Shown here: positions 1-12,394 of the stretch, in pieces
How positions within the stretch are numbered: the stretch's first letter is position 1
Layout: the number at the start of each line of letters is the position of its first letter
DNA from: Octopus vulgaris
Taxonomy: Eukaryota
Length of the DNA: 64,000 nucleotides
NCBI GenBank assembly: GCA_951406725.2
Contig: OX597841.1
Span: 15,748,001 to 15,812,000, forward strand
Direction of reading: 5' to 3'
The notes under the pieces: model-generated
What the model saw: the letters and a program-made list of their open reading frames with translations, nothing else
What the model was told of the DNA's origin: nothing
Databases searched by the model: none
Made by a program: the position numbers and the translations under genes

Positions 1-72
1 AGAGAGAGAGAGAGAGGCAGAAAGAGAAAAAGAGAGAAAAGAGAAGGCTGGAAGAAGAGAAAGAGAGAGAAT

Positions 73-109
<37 letters not shown>
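1..109. repeat. (GA)n polypurine microsatellite
   Basis: Directly visible AG/GA repeats. Confidence 0.95.
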
Positions 110-662
110 TGAAAGATACAGAGGAAGTATAGAGATAAACCAGATGGCGCTGCGTTCAATGAAATGTTGCGTGTCTCCTCTCTTCTCCAGTTTGAAATCC
201 AATCATTTGCATCGTCCCCAATCTCTCTCCCTCTTCACATTTCTCGGAGACACAGCTTCCCTGTCACAGCCACCATCGTCGTATCCAGTCGCCCACTTAA
301 TACTAGGCGCTCTTCCCTATACCCGTCTACCCCGAACAATCTCGAAAATTGGTATCACACTCCCTATTTTTTTTTGTGTAAGGGAGTATTGGTTGGTTAG
401 GGGCCTTCGGATAATCTCCAGCATTAAAAAACATAGGGACCGACTATCCATCAAAATGGTGGAGACGTTTTATCGTCTGCTTCCGGTTTACGCTATCGTC
501 TGCTTCTGTTCTATTCCTTCTTATCTCTCCTTCTCAGTTGACAAACGCACACACACACATAAAAACGTGCGCACACACACACACACATACGCAAATGCAG
601 ACATACATATATACACACATAAGCACATTCATTCACACATATATCGATATACATACATACAT

Positions 663-697
<35 letters not shown>

Positions 698-963
698 CAA
701 ACACATATACATAAACACATGCTCACATACACGTAAATACGCATACATGCACACATATACACAAACGCATACACACACATTCATACATACATATCTACGC
801 ACATAGACACAATTACACACATGCCACGCACACACACATACACACACATTCAGGCACACAGACTCGCACACATACATACACACGCATACAGACACATACA
901 CAAACATACATATACACACACAACTATACACGTAAACGCACGCGCTGACAAATACACTCACAT

Positions 964-998
<35 letters not shown>

Positions 999-1103
999 TT
1001 TTACTCCTACTGCTCCCATTTTTATTTCTCGGGCCTTCTGTCCACAATATTTGGCCCCTTTTATATACCCACATATATACACAAGCAACCCTTAGTATCC
1101 GGT

Positions 1104-1754
1104 TACTGTTTAGTCCTAAACCCAACCAGGGCCACCCCCAACCATTATTTTTACGACATGCTGTCAACTCCATCACCACAACCACCTCCATCAACCTCAA
1201 ACATATAAAGAGGAGATCACTGCATTGTAGCTATATTTCCTAGAAATAGCAGCCAAAAGCCCTTAAAACTCGCATCTTAGTGTATTTTATATGTCTATTT
1301 GTATGTAGATCCCTGCATGCTACTGTTTAGTCCTAAACCCAACCAGGGCCACCCCCAACCATTAGTTTTACGACATGCTGTCAACTCCATCACCACAACC
1401 ACCTCCATCAACTTCAAACATATAAAGAGGAGATCACTGCATTGTAGCTATATTTCCTAGAAATAGCAGCCAAAAGCCCCTAAAACTCGCATCTTAGTGT
1501 ATTTTATATGTCTATTTGTATGTAGATCCCTGCATGCTACTGTTTAGTCCTAAACCCAACCAGGGCCACCCCCAACCATTAGTTTTATGACATGCTGTCA
1601 ACTCCATCACCACAACCACCTCCATCAACCTCAAACATATAAAGAGGAGATCACTGCATTGTAGCTATATTTCCTAGAAATAGCAGCCAAAAGCCCCTAA
1701 AACTCGCATCTTAGTGTCTTTTATATGTCTATATGTATGTAGATCCCGGCATGC
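1104..1754. repeat. Tandem repeat, 3 x 217 bp
   Basis: Unit start TACTGTTTAGTCCTAAACCC at 1104, 1321 and 1538; near-identical copies. Confidence 0.95.
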
Positions 1755-1902
1755 GCATTTTTTGTCCTTGATTTTGTCGTTAAACAGTATTGTAGGGTCA
1801 GATGGGCACCATGACGCAAATCGCTGCCAGAAATTTGGAAACGACATGCTGTACATCTTGGCATTCACGCCGGAAGCTCCGATACAAACATTTCAGAGTA
1901 TT

Positions 1903-2117
1903 TACTCTTTTTTTACTCTTTTACTTGTTTCAGTCATTTGACTGCGGCCATGCTGGAGCACCGCCTTTAGTCGAGCAATTCGACCCCGGGACTTATTCTT
2001 TTGTAAGCCCAGTACTTATTCTATCGGTCTCTTTTGCCGAACCGCTAAGTGACGGGGACGTAAACACAGCAGCATTGGTTGTCAAGCAATGCTAGGGGGA
2101 CAAACACAGACACACAA

Positions 2118-2185
<68 letters not shown>

Positions 2186-2349
2186 ACGACAGGCTTCTTT
2201 CAGTTTCCGCCTACCAAATCCACTCACAAGGCATTGGTCGGCCCGGGGCTATAGTAGAAGTCACTTGCCCAAGATGCCACGCAGTGGGACTAAACCCGGA
2301 ACCATGTGGCTGGTTAGCAAGCTACTTACCACACAGCCACTCCTGCGCC
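1903..2349 (-). mobile_element. tRNA-derived SINE family A (CORE-like; resembles octopus OR-type SINEs), full length
   Basis: On minus strand: head GGCGCAGGAGTGGCTGTGTGGTAAG (A-box-like), GGGTTTAGTCCC (B-box-like), CORE-like GGCATCTTGGGCAAGTG, internal (TA)n(TG)n, tail (TAAAAGAG)n; many copies in window. Confidence 0.85.
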
Positions 2350-2359
2350 GGGTGTAAAT

Positions 2360-2949
<590 letters not shown>

Positions 2950-3048
2950 TATTTATATGTGTGTGCTTGTGTGTGTGTGAGTGTGTGTGCGTGCACGTTT
3001 GTGTGTGTGTGTGCGTGCACATTTGTGTGTGTGTGTGTGTGTGCGTCG

Positions 3049-3431
3049 TGGCACTCCGTCAGTTACGACGACGAGGGTTCCACTTGATCCGATCAACGGA
3101 ACAGCCTGCTCGTGAAATTATCGTGCAAGTGGCTGAGTACACCACAGACACGTTTACCATAACATAGTTCTCGGGGATATTCAGCGTGACATAGAGTGTG
3201 ACAGGGCTGGCCCCTTTGAAATACAGGTACAACAGAAACAGGAAGAAAAAGTGAGAGAAAGTTTGTGGTGAAAGCGTACAGCAGGGTTCGGTACCCCTAC
3301 ACCCGCCGGAGACTCGTGGAGCTTTAATTGTTTTTGCTCAACAAACACGCACAACGCCCGGTCTGGGAATCGAAACCGCAATCCTACGACCGAGAGTCAG
3401 CTGCCCAAAACCACTCGGCCTTTGCGCCTCC
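3049..3431 (-). mobile_element. tRNA-derived SINE family C, near full length
   Basis: Minus strand: GGAGGCGCAAAGGCCGAGTGG (A-box-like), GGTTTCGATTCCC (B-box-like), body ending TCGTCGTCGTAACTGACGGAGTGCCA; homologous fragments near 19.6, 20.1-20.3, 23.1, 42.2, 45.4 and 46.1 kb. Confidence 0.75.
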
Positions 3432-3522
3432 ATATATATGTGTGAGTGAGTGTATGTGTTTGTGTGCATACGTATGTATTTGTATGTGTGTCTGTATATA
3501 TATGTGCGTGTATGTGTGTGTT

Positions 3523-3558
<36 letters not shown>

Positions 3559-3966
3559 TGTGTGTGGTTGTGTGTGTGTGTGTGTGTTAGCGACCATCCC
3601 TAAATCTTATCCCGTGGAATATATATTTCATCTCGTTTCTTTCTGCACTTTGAAAGTATAGAATTCTGGTTGCCTCCCTCCGTTATTTGAAATTCAAGAT
3701 CCCTGATGGTTCGTTTAATTCCTTAATGTGTTTTATTAAGAGTACAATTTCAGCCGTGCAGCTCGGGTGACAACTGAGACAACTTCACCAAACCGTCCAT
3801 CAACCGTTTTTATAATAAAAAAAAAAAGCGAGGCTTCTAGCGTTTCTTTTCAATACTTCGTACATGCAAAGGCGCATGGTTAGCAGGGCTGCGATCGCGA
3901 TCATCCGTTCGCAGGTTCGGAGCTATGTTCTACCATTAGAATATATATAATGGGATAAAATTTAGG

Positions 3967-4320
3967 AACCAACCACATGGTTCCGGGTTCAGTCCCACTG
4001 CGTGGCAACTTGTGCAAGTGTCTTCTGCTATAGCCCCGGGCCGACCGATGCCTTGTGAGTAGATTTGGTAGACGGAAACTGAAAGAAGCCTGTCGTTTAT
4101 ATGTGTCTGTGTTTGTTCCCCTAGCATTGCTTGACAACCGATGCTGGTGTGTTTACGTCCACGTCACTTAGCGGTTCGGCAAAAGAGACCGATAGAATAA
4201 GTACTGGGCTTGCAAAGAATAAGTCCCGGGGTCGATTTGCTCGACTAAAGGCGGTGCTCCAGCATGGCCACAGTCAAATGACTGAAACAAGTAAAAGAGT
4301 AAAAGAGTAAAGAGGAAAGA
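3967..4320 (+). mobile_element. SINE family A, 5'-truncated
   Basis: Matches family A from B-box region to (TAAAAGAG)n tail. Confidence 0.85.
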
Positions 4321-4341
4321 GTTAGCAAATTACCTTTAAAA

Positions 4342-4397
<56 letters not shown>

Positions 4398-4448
4398 GCA
4401 AGCTGACGGTTAGTAAGGAGAGACACAAATAAGAAAGAAGAAAACAAA

Positions 4449-4493
4449 GGACCACTGATGCGGTCACAGGAGTGTGACGAAAGATCTCTGGCC
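4449..4493 (+). ncRNA. Minimal type I hammerhead ribozyme-like motif (Penelope-like element type)
   Basis: CCA-CTGATGC-G-GTCACA-ggag-TGTGAC-GAAA-GATC-TC-TGG: stem I CCA/TGG, 6-bp stem II, palindromic stem III AGATCT; A9 replaced by C; lies in a ~220-bp insert flanked by (TA)n on both sides. Confidence 0.6.
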
Positions 4494-4607
4494 GAAATAA
4501 GATTAAGATTAATGTAAAAGATAAATAACACCTAAGCAAAGTAACACCAAATATATTGTGCGTGTGTTTTTATTGGCTAAACTGGCAAAATGACAATTCC
4601 GAAATAT

Positions 4608-4664
<57 letters not shown>

Positions 4665-4904
4665 ATAATAACAAAATAATAAATAAAACATATGCATATA
4701 TACATACATGTATGTACATACCTACATCTATATGTATATATATCAAGTGTTTCGAGGCAGAATTTGCACCGTGACCTCGTAAAAAACTCACCAGCAACGA
4801 CTACCCAAACAGGACCCATCAGCTCGAGGGTTGTTGCCCGAGGGGTGCCATAGTGTCACCGGCTAGGAGTAGTCTGCAATCACAAGCAAACGGTGCATGG
4901 CCCT

Positions 4905-4905
4905 A

Positions 4906-4962
<57 letters not shown>

Positions 4963-5290
4963 CACCACCACTACAACTACCACTACTACCTCTACTAATA
5001 CCACCCAACCACCACCACCACCGCTACTATCATCACCACCACTACTACTATAACCACCAACACCACACCCACTACTACTACTACTACTACTACTACTATT
5101 ACTACCACCACCACCAAAACTACGACGACGACGACCACCACTACTACTATTATTACCACCACACACTACGACTACTATTACTGCCCCTACTACTTATGCT
5201 ACTACTACCACCACCACCACCACCACCACAACTGCTATTACTACCACCACCACCACCACTACTACTACTACAACCAACACCACCATTACA

Positions 5291-5350
<60 letters not shown>

Positions 5351-5417
5351 ACTACTACTACTACTACTGCTACGGCTGCTACTACTACTACTAATACTGC
5401 TGCTGCTGCTGCTACTA

Positions 5418-5452
<35 letters not shown>

Positions 5453-5540
5453 ACTGCTACTGCTGCTACTGCTACTACTACTGCTGCTGCTACTGCTACT
5501 ACTACTACTACTACTACTGCTGCTGATGCTGATGCTGATG

Positions 5541-5593
<53 letters not shown>

Positions 5594-5598
5594 ACTAC
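4905..5598. repeat. Compound trinucleotide microsatellite (CTA/CCA/CTG)n
   Basis: Directly visible; explains poly-L/T/S ORFs. Confidence 0.95.
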
Positions 5599-6070
5599 TC
5601 AGTTGAACTAGTGAGATACAAATCGAGTGAGATTCACCAACGAGCAACAACTGCTGTTCTGAAGTAAACTACAAGAACAGCTCACAATTAACGGGAAGTA
5701 AAACTTACTTTCACTTTCACTTTCTCACGAGCGGGCTTTTGTAACGAACTTAGAAGTCGGCCATTTCTAGATTTTGGATGCACACCAAAAATTTTAAGAG
5801 TTCATATTTAATGCCAAAATATAAGACACGCGGTAAGGAAGATTCATCATCAACTGCCGCCGCCATTCTTCGGCAGACTGGTAAAACAATTTTGCCACAT
5901 ATGGAAATAAATTCATCAATCAAACAGACGTTTTAAATTGTTAACTAATTATATTTTCCGCCGGTGTTTATCACCTTCAAGTCCCTGCGTGCAATTTCTG
6001 TACATCAGTTAAGGAGTGTGAGAATGCACTTTAAGTTACGGTCATATCTTACAGGACATTCAGTGTCGGT

Positions 6071-6105
6071 GTATGTATGTATGTATGTATGTATGTATGT
6101 ATGTA

Positions 6106-6136
<31 letters not shown>

Positions 6137-6672
6137 ATGTATGTGTGTATGTATGTATGTATGTATGTATGTTTGTATGTATGTATGTATGTATGTATGT
6201 ATGTATGTGTGTATGTATGTATATTTGTATGTATGTATGTGTGTATGTATATTTGTATGTATGTATGTGTGTATGTATGTGTGTATGTATGTATGCATGT
6301 ATGTATGTATGTATGTTTGTATGTATGTATGTTTGTATGTATGTATGTATGTATGTGTGTGTATGTATGTATGTATGTGTGTGTATGTATGTATGTATGT
6401 ATGTGTGTATGTATGTATGTATGTATGTTTGTATGTATGTATGTATGTATGTATGTATGTATATTTGTATGTATGTATGTGTGTATGTATGTATATTTGT
6501 ATGTATGTATGTGTGTATGTATGTGTGTATGTATGTATGCATGTATGTATGTATATATGTATGTATTTATGTTTGTATGTATGTGTGTATGTATGTATGT
6601 ATGTTTGTATGTATGTGTGTATGTATGTATGTATATATGTATGTATTTATGTATGTATTTATGTAAGCGTGT

Positions 6673-6732
<60 letters not shown>

Positions 6733-6765
6733 GTAAATAGGATAGATAGATAGATAGGTAAATAG

Positions 6766-6850
<85 letters not shown>

Positions 6851-6871
6851 GTAGACAGGTAGGTAGGTAGG
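6071..6871. repeat. (TATG)n followed by (GATA)n satellite-like tract
   Basis: Directly visible. Confidence 0.95.
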
Positions 6872-6879
6872 TAACTTTC

Positions 6880-7379
6880 CAATATCCAGATGGCTTCCAG
6901 TTCCTCAACGTCATCTTACTTTTTCTCCACTACAACTTTAAAATCTTTATGCTCTCCAACGCTGTTGTCTGTTCCCCAATTCATCAAATGGCAGACAAAA
7001 ATCATCAAATTTGTCCGAACACCCTGTATGTATATATACGTGTGTATATCTTTCTGTCTTTGAGATGTGGGATGTCATGACGTTACCCTCATTGGAGACA
7101 CACCCAAAGATTATCAAAGTTCGGGGAACTTGGCTTCGATGATGCACGTCACATCTTACGGCCTTTTACGTTCAGGATGTTGGCATTTTGACACCCAGAG
7201 CAAATCATCAGGTTTTCCCAAATTCAGATAGCTTTCAGTCCTCCATATCATCTAAGTTTTTCTCAACTACATGTTAAATATTTATGCTCTCCAACGCCGT
7301 TGACTATTCACCAACGCACCAAGCTGTACCCGAGAAAGAAGTCGACAAAAATCGTCAAATTTAGTCCGAACACCTTGTA
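6880..7379 (-). mobile_element. Two Tc1/mariner (maT-like) left-end relics with TIR and transposase fragment
   Basis: Minus-strand TIR-like TACAGGGTGTTCGGACAAATTTGATGATTTT ending at 7028, and a related copy ending at 7379; peptide LIIFGCVSNEGNVMTSHI matches the maT MVFG.VSSEGDVM motif; another fragment at ~7815-7925. Confidence 0.65.
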
Positions 7380-7387
7380 TGTATATA

Positions 7388-7797
7388 TTACTCTCTTTTA
7401 CTCTTTTACTTGTTTCAGTCATTTGACTGCGGCCATGCTGGAGCACCGCCTTTAATCGAGCAACTCGACCCCGGGACTTATTCTTTGTAAGCCCAGTACT
7501 TATTCTATCGGTCTCTTTTGCCGAACCGCTAAGTGACGGGGACATAAACACACCAGCATCGGTTGTCAAGCAATGCTAGGGGGACAAACACAGACACACA
7601 AACATACACACACACCTATATATATATACATATATACGACGGGCTTCTTTCAGTTTCCATCTACCAAATCCACTCACAAGGCTTTGGTCGGCCCGGGACT
7701 ATAGCAGAAGACACTTGCCCAAGATGCCACGCAGTGGGACTGAACCCGGAACCATGTGGTTGGTAAGGAAGCTACTTACCACACAGCCACTCCTGCG
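7388..7797 (-). mobile_element. SINE family A, full length
   Basis: Same head, body and tail as 1903-2349. Confidence 0.88.
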
Positions 7798-7977
7798 TGT
7801 ATGTCTTACTGCTTGTGAGCCAGCGGCCCCTTCCAAAGATGTGGGATGTCGTGACGTTACACTTAATGGAGACACACCCAAAGGCTGCCACAGTTTCGGG
7901 GAACATGGTTTCGGTGATACCCCTACCAGGCGTTCGCAGAGCATTGAGCAGCATTCAGGATGTTAGCCTTTTGATAC

Positions 7978-8125
7978 CCAGAGTTCAAATTCCGCGGAGG
8001 TCGACTTTGCCTTGCATTCTTTCGGGGTCGATAAATCAAGTACCAGTTAAGTACTGGGGCTCGATGTGATCGACTGTCACCCTCCCCACAAAATCCAGGC
8101 CTTGCGCCCATAGTAGAAAGGATTT
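7978..8125 (+). mobile_element. SINE family B, alternative-tail subtype
   Basis: GAGTTCAAATTCC B-box-like, GGTCGACTTTGCC...GGGGTCGATAAA central domain, tail AGGCCTTGCGCCCATAGTAGAAAGG; near-identical copy at 10206-10335. Confidence 0.7.
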
Positions 8126-8162
8126 TGAAGGTGTTGTCTTCTTCTTCTTCTTCTTCTTCTTC

Positions 8163-8203
<41 letters not shown>

Positions 8204-8235
8204 TTTCTTCTTCTTCTTTTCGTCTTCTTTTTCTT

Positions 8236-8298
<63 letters not shown>

Positions 8299-9232
8299 TT
8301 CCTTCCATTTCTTCATTCATTCGCTCATTCATCCATGCATTCTTCTTCTCCTCCTCCTCCTTCTTCATCTCCTCCACACCACAAACCCACCCGCCCACCA
8401 CCACCACCACCACCACAAACACTACACACTCGTTGTGTGGGCGTTTGGAGCTCCAAGCACAACGGCCGCAACGATAACCGGACCACACGTACAGTAAAAA
8501 CCCGCTTCGATCTTTTCATCTCCCACAAAGCCCCCCACTCAGAACCGACTCCCGTCCTTCTTCTAACTTCAAACAACAACAACGACGAAACCCATCCCAG
8601 GCGACGTTTCTACTCTTTTAACAAAAACTAATAAACTAATCTAAGTGTTTTTATTATGAGAAGTATGCATAAATTATTATAATTAAACAAACAAGCAGGT
8701 TTTTATTAATAGATCCTATAACAAAAGCTCGTTAATAATGACTATCAACATTACTAGACGGTGAACGCACAAAGGAGTTGGTAATTCAAAAGTAGGTGAC
8801 CACCTGCCTAACAGCCGTTTCTCTCATTGGTGTGACGCCGTAACGAAAACAAAAATAGGCTTAGATGAGACGTGAAGTAGGGACGTAATGGGGTGATCAG
8901 AACACCTGTTAGAAATAGCAGCCAGGTGTACCTCGAAATTGCAGATGATAGTCTAGTGTGTGTGTATGTGTGAAAGATTACTTTATACTGCGGTTAGAAA
9001 TAGCAGCTAAATGTCCTTCAAGTCACGCACTTCTCTCTTACATTTTTCCCTACCGTGGGTTATTTCGAGTATTTTGTTTTGTACGGGAGTCTCTTCTTAT
9101 AGTAGATGAAATAGCTAAGGTTCTTTGGCTGCTATTTCTAAACTTCGGTATGTGGTAAAGCAAATATTCGCCGAATCCTAACTATAATTATACTCGTAAT
9201 TATAAAATATTGTTTAAATATATATATATATG

Positions 9233-9415
9233 CTGTTGTGTCTGGGGAGAGTCATTTTCTTTTTGTGCCTTATTATTTAACACACTCACCGGTAAAATTT
9301 CCGTTTTTTTTTCTTATTTCTATTGTCCCAAATAAGAAAAAAAGTGGAAATTTTACCGGTGAGTGTGTTAAATAATAACGCACAAAAAGAAAATGACTCT
9401 CCCCAAACACAACAG
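9233..9415. mobile_element. Foldback/MITE-like element, ~87-bp inverted arms with 10-bp loop
   Basis: 9233-9319 is the near-perfect reverse complement of 9330-9415. Confidence 0.75.
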
Positions 9416-9474
9416 AATATGCTTCAACACACAAACTCATATAAAGAATCTTGCAAACCAAATCCAAATACGAA

Positions 9475-9534
<60 letters not shown>

Positions 9535-9975
9535 TAACAATGAGGGTTTTTGCAACAGGTTGCTAGACCACATACCGAAAGTATTAGAAATAGCAGCCAG
9601 ACGACTGTTAATTCTTTTACTACAAAAATATGTCTCCACAGACAACAGTATTTGTAACTCACTATGGCAAAAAAAAAAACGAAGAAAAACAACGAAATCA
9701 AACAATGTCCGGTCAGTTATGGACGCATACGTTTCTGGATTAGAATCAGGGATTCATTTCCTTCATCGACATAATATTCCGATAAATAAATCTGAAAATG
9801 CTAGGAAAATCTTACCACCATATTCCGAACAAGCGACATCGTACATATGCCCACCAGCATATCCACATTTATATAGACAAGTGAATTCGTATCTCCATCC
9901 AGAATTTCCCCCACGTGAGTCACAAATAATACTGCCGAAAATGAATTCGTAGTTCCGTCGTAGGGGAATAAAATA

Positions 9976-10074
<99 letters not shown>

Positions 10075-10650
10075 CTTAACAACAAAGGAATGCGACTACA
10101 TAACAAACTTTAATTGCAAAACCAGCATCCTGTATGGGCCTCCCAAAATCCATAAGAGTAAAATTATTACCGAAGCTTGCATAAAGTCCACTTCAACTTG
10201 CATTGGAGGTCGACTTTGCCTTGCATCATTTCGGGGTCGATAAATCAAGTACCAGTTAAGTACTGGGGGTCGATGTGATCGACTGTCACCCTCCCCACAA
10301 AATCCAGGCCTTGCACCCATAGTAGAAAGGATTTTGAAGTTGTCTTCTTCTTCTTCTTCTTCTTCTTCTTCTTCTTCTTCTTCTTCTTCTTCTTCTTCTT
10401 CTTCTTCTTCTTCTTCTTCTTCTTCGTTGACCTGGTTGTCAAGCAAGGTCCTTCAGCAGAAAACCAGCGAGAGCTTGAATGGGAAAGAGAGGCTTAATGT
10501 CATAGCCCCGTATAATTCATAATATACGGGAACATTTGTTGAGCACTTTAGTGAATAACGCCAAGATATTGCTTGCACCAGTTAAAATGTAACCCGTGCG
10601 TATCTAAGTTCCATCTAACCGAATCCACCCGACCACACACACACACAAAT

Positions 10651-10682
<32 letters not shown>

Positions 10683-10816
10683 ACACATTTATATATATTT
10701 CTGTGTGCGTGTGTGTGTGTGTGGAGAGAGAGAGAGAGAGAATGAGTGAGAGGGAAGGCACATGCCACACATTCACACCGTCTTCGCCTAAATACTCATT
10801 CGAGCATACCTTTTGG

Positions 10817-10836
10817 TACACACACACATACACACA

Positions 10837-10927
<91 letters not shown>

Positions 10928-10974
10928 ACACACACATACACACACACACATACACACACACACATACGCACATA

Positions 10975-11047
<73 letters not shown>

Positions 11048-11130
11048 ACACACATACACACACACACACACACACACATACACACACACACATACACACA
11101 CACACACATACACACACACACATACACACA

Positions 11131-11207
<77 letters not shown>

Positions 11208-11245
11208 ACACACACATACACACACACATACACACACACACACAC
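10817..11245. repeat. (CA)n microsatellite, ~430 bp
   Basis: Directly visible. Confidence 0.97.
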
Positions 11246-11449
11246 GCTTACACACTGTCGTACACCCAGAAACACACTGACACAAATAACACCCGGTTGA
11301 AAGTCTTCAAAAGTACAACAATAAGAATGTTCCAAGTCTTACACGCCTTTCTGAAGACTGATGGCCCTTAGGGGCTTCCATATGTTTCCACTCACGCACC
11401 CCCCAACACATATATGTATATATGATATAAATAATATATATATATTATA

Positions 11450-11618
11450 GGCGCAGGAGTGGCTGTGTGGTAAGTAGCTTGCTTACCAACCACATGATTC
11501 CGCGTTCAGTCCCACTGCGTGGCATCTTGGGCAAGTGTCTTCTGCTATGGCCTCGGGCCGACCAATGCCTTGTGAGTGGATTTGGTAGACGGAAACTGAA
11601 AGAAGCCTGTCGTATATA

Positions 11619-11659
<41 letters not shown>

Positions 11660-11765
11660 ATGTTTGGGCTTACAAAGAATAAGTCCCGGGGTCGATTTGC
11701 TCGACTAAAGGTTATGCTCCAGCATGGCCGCAGTCAAATGACTGAAACAAGTAAAAGAGTAAAGA

Positions 11766-11767
<2 letters not shown>
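11450..11767 (+). mobile_element. SINE family A with internal deletion
   Basis: Intact head and tail; segment after the internal microsatellite missing. Confidence 0.85.
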
Positions 11768-11830
<63 letters not shown>

Positions 11831-12394
11831 TGTGTGCATATGTGGGTACAGGACGCCACCAACGGCGAGAAACAACAGGAAATACGAAAACAAGCAATAC
11901 GCAAAGAACGAGAGAAACAAATGGAAAACAGGACAAGTAACACAAAGAACGACCCTTCATCAGTTGTCGGCTGTCCATCTGCTCCTCATTTCGAGCATTG
12001 AACGACGACAATATGAGTCTTCGAAGGGCAGTTGCTCCCATAATTTCCCAAACAGAATTTTGGATTTATGGAGGGGTCAAAGTTGGGAACAAAAACAGGG
12101 CAGTGGGAGACATACAAGGAAACCGAACGAAAACAAAACTATAAAATCCGTTAACTTTAATTCAATTGAAGTTAACGGAAGTTAAATGTAACGGAAGTTA
12201 ATTCGTTCGATAAAAATTTCCAAAGTTAGCTTAAAGTTAAATCGTTAACGAAAATGTTAACTTCGTTAATTAACGATTAACGGTTTGTTGTCTTTGCTTG
12301 GAATTTACTATACCTTACGGTGTTTACCAAAAGGCCACGAATACTTAAATGTATACACAAACACAGTTACACACCCAAACGCACATACATACAT

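Noticed and set aside
144-806. 220-aa ORF at the window start
   Set aside because: The N-terminal half has no recognisable homology and the C-terminal half is CA/TA microsatellite
1104-1754. Possible CRISPR-like array (also considered for SINE B arrays and the 19-bp repeats near 50450)
   Set aside because: Units repeat in full with no unique spacers, no cas genes, and the context is eukaryotic
9816-9931. Candidate 116-bp minus-strand exon (CAG acceptor, GTAAG donor, two open frames)
   Set aside because: No recognisable protein and no partner exons; splice-like signals are expected by chance
11450-11525. tRNA genes at SINE heads
   Set aside because: Only A/B-box-like similarity, no full cloverleaf, and always attached to SINE bodies
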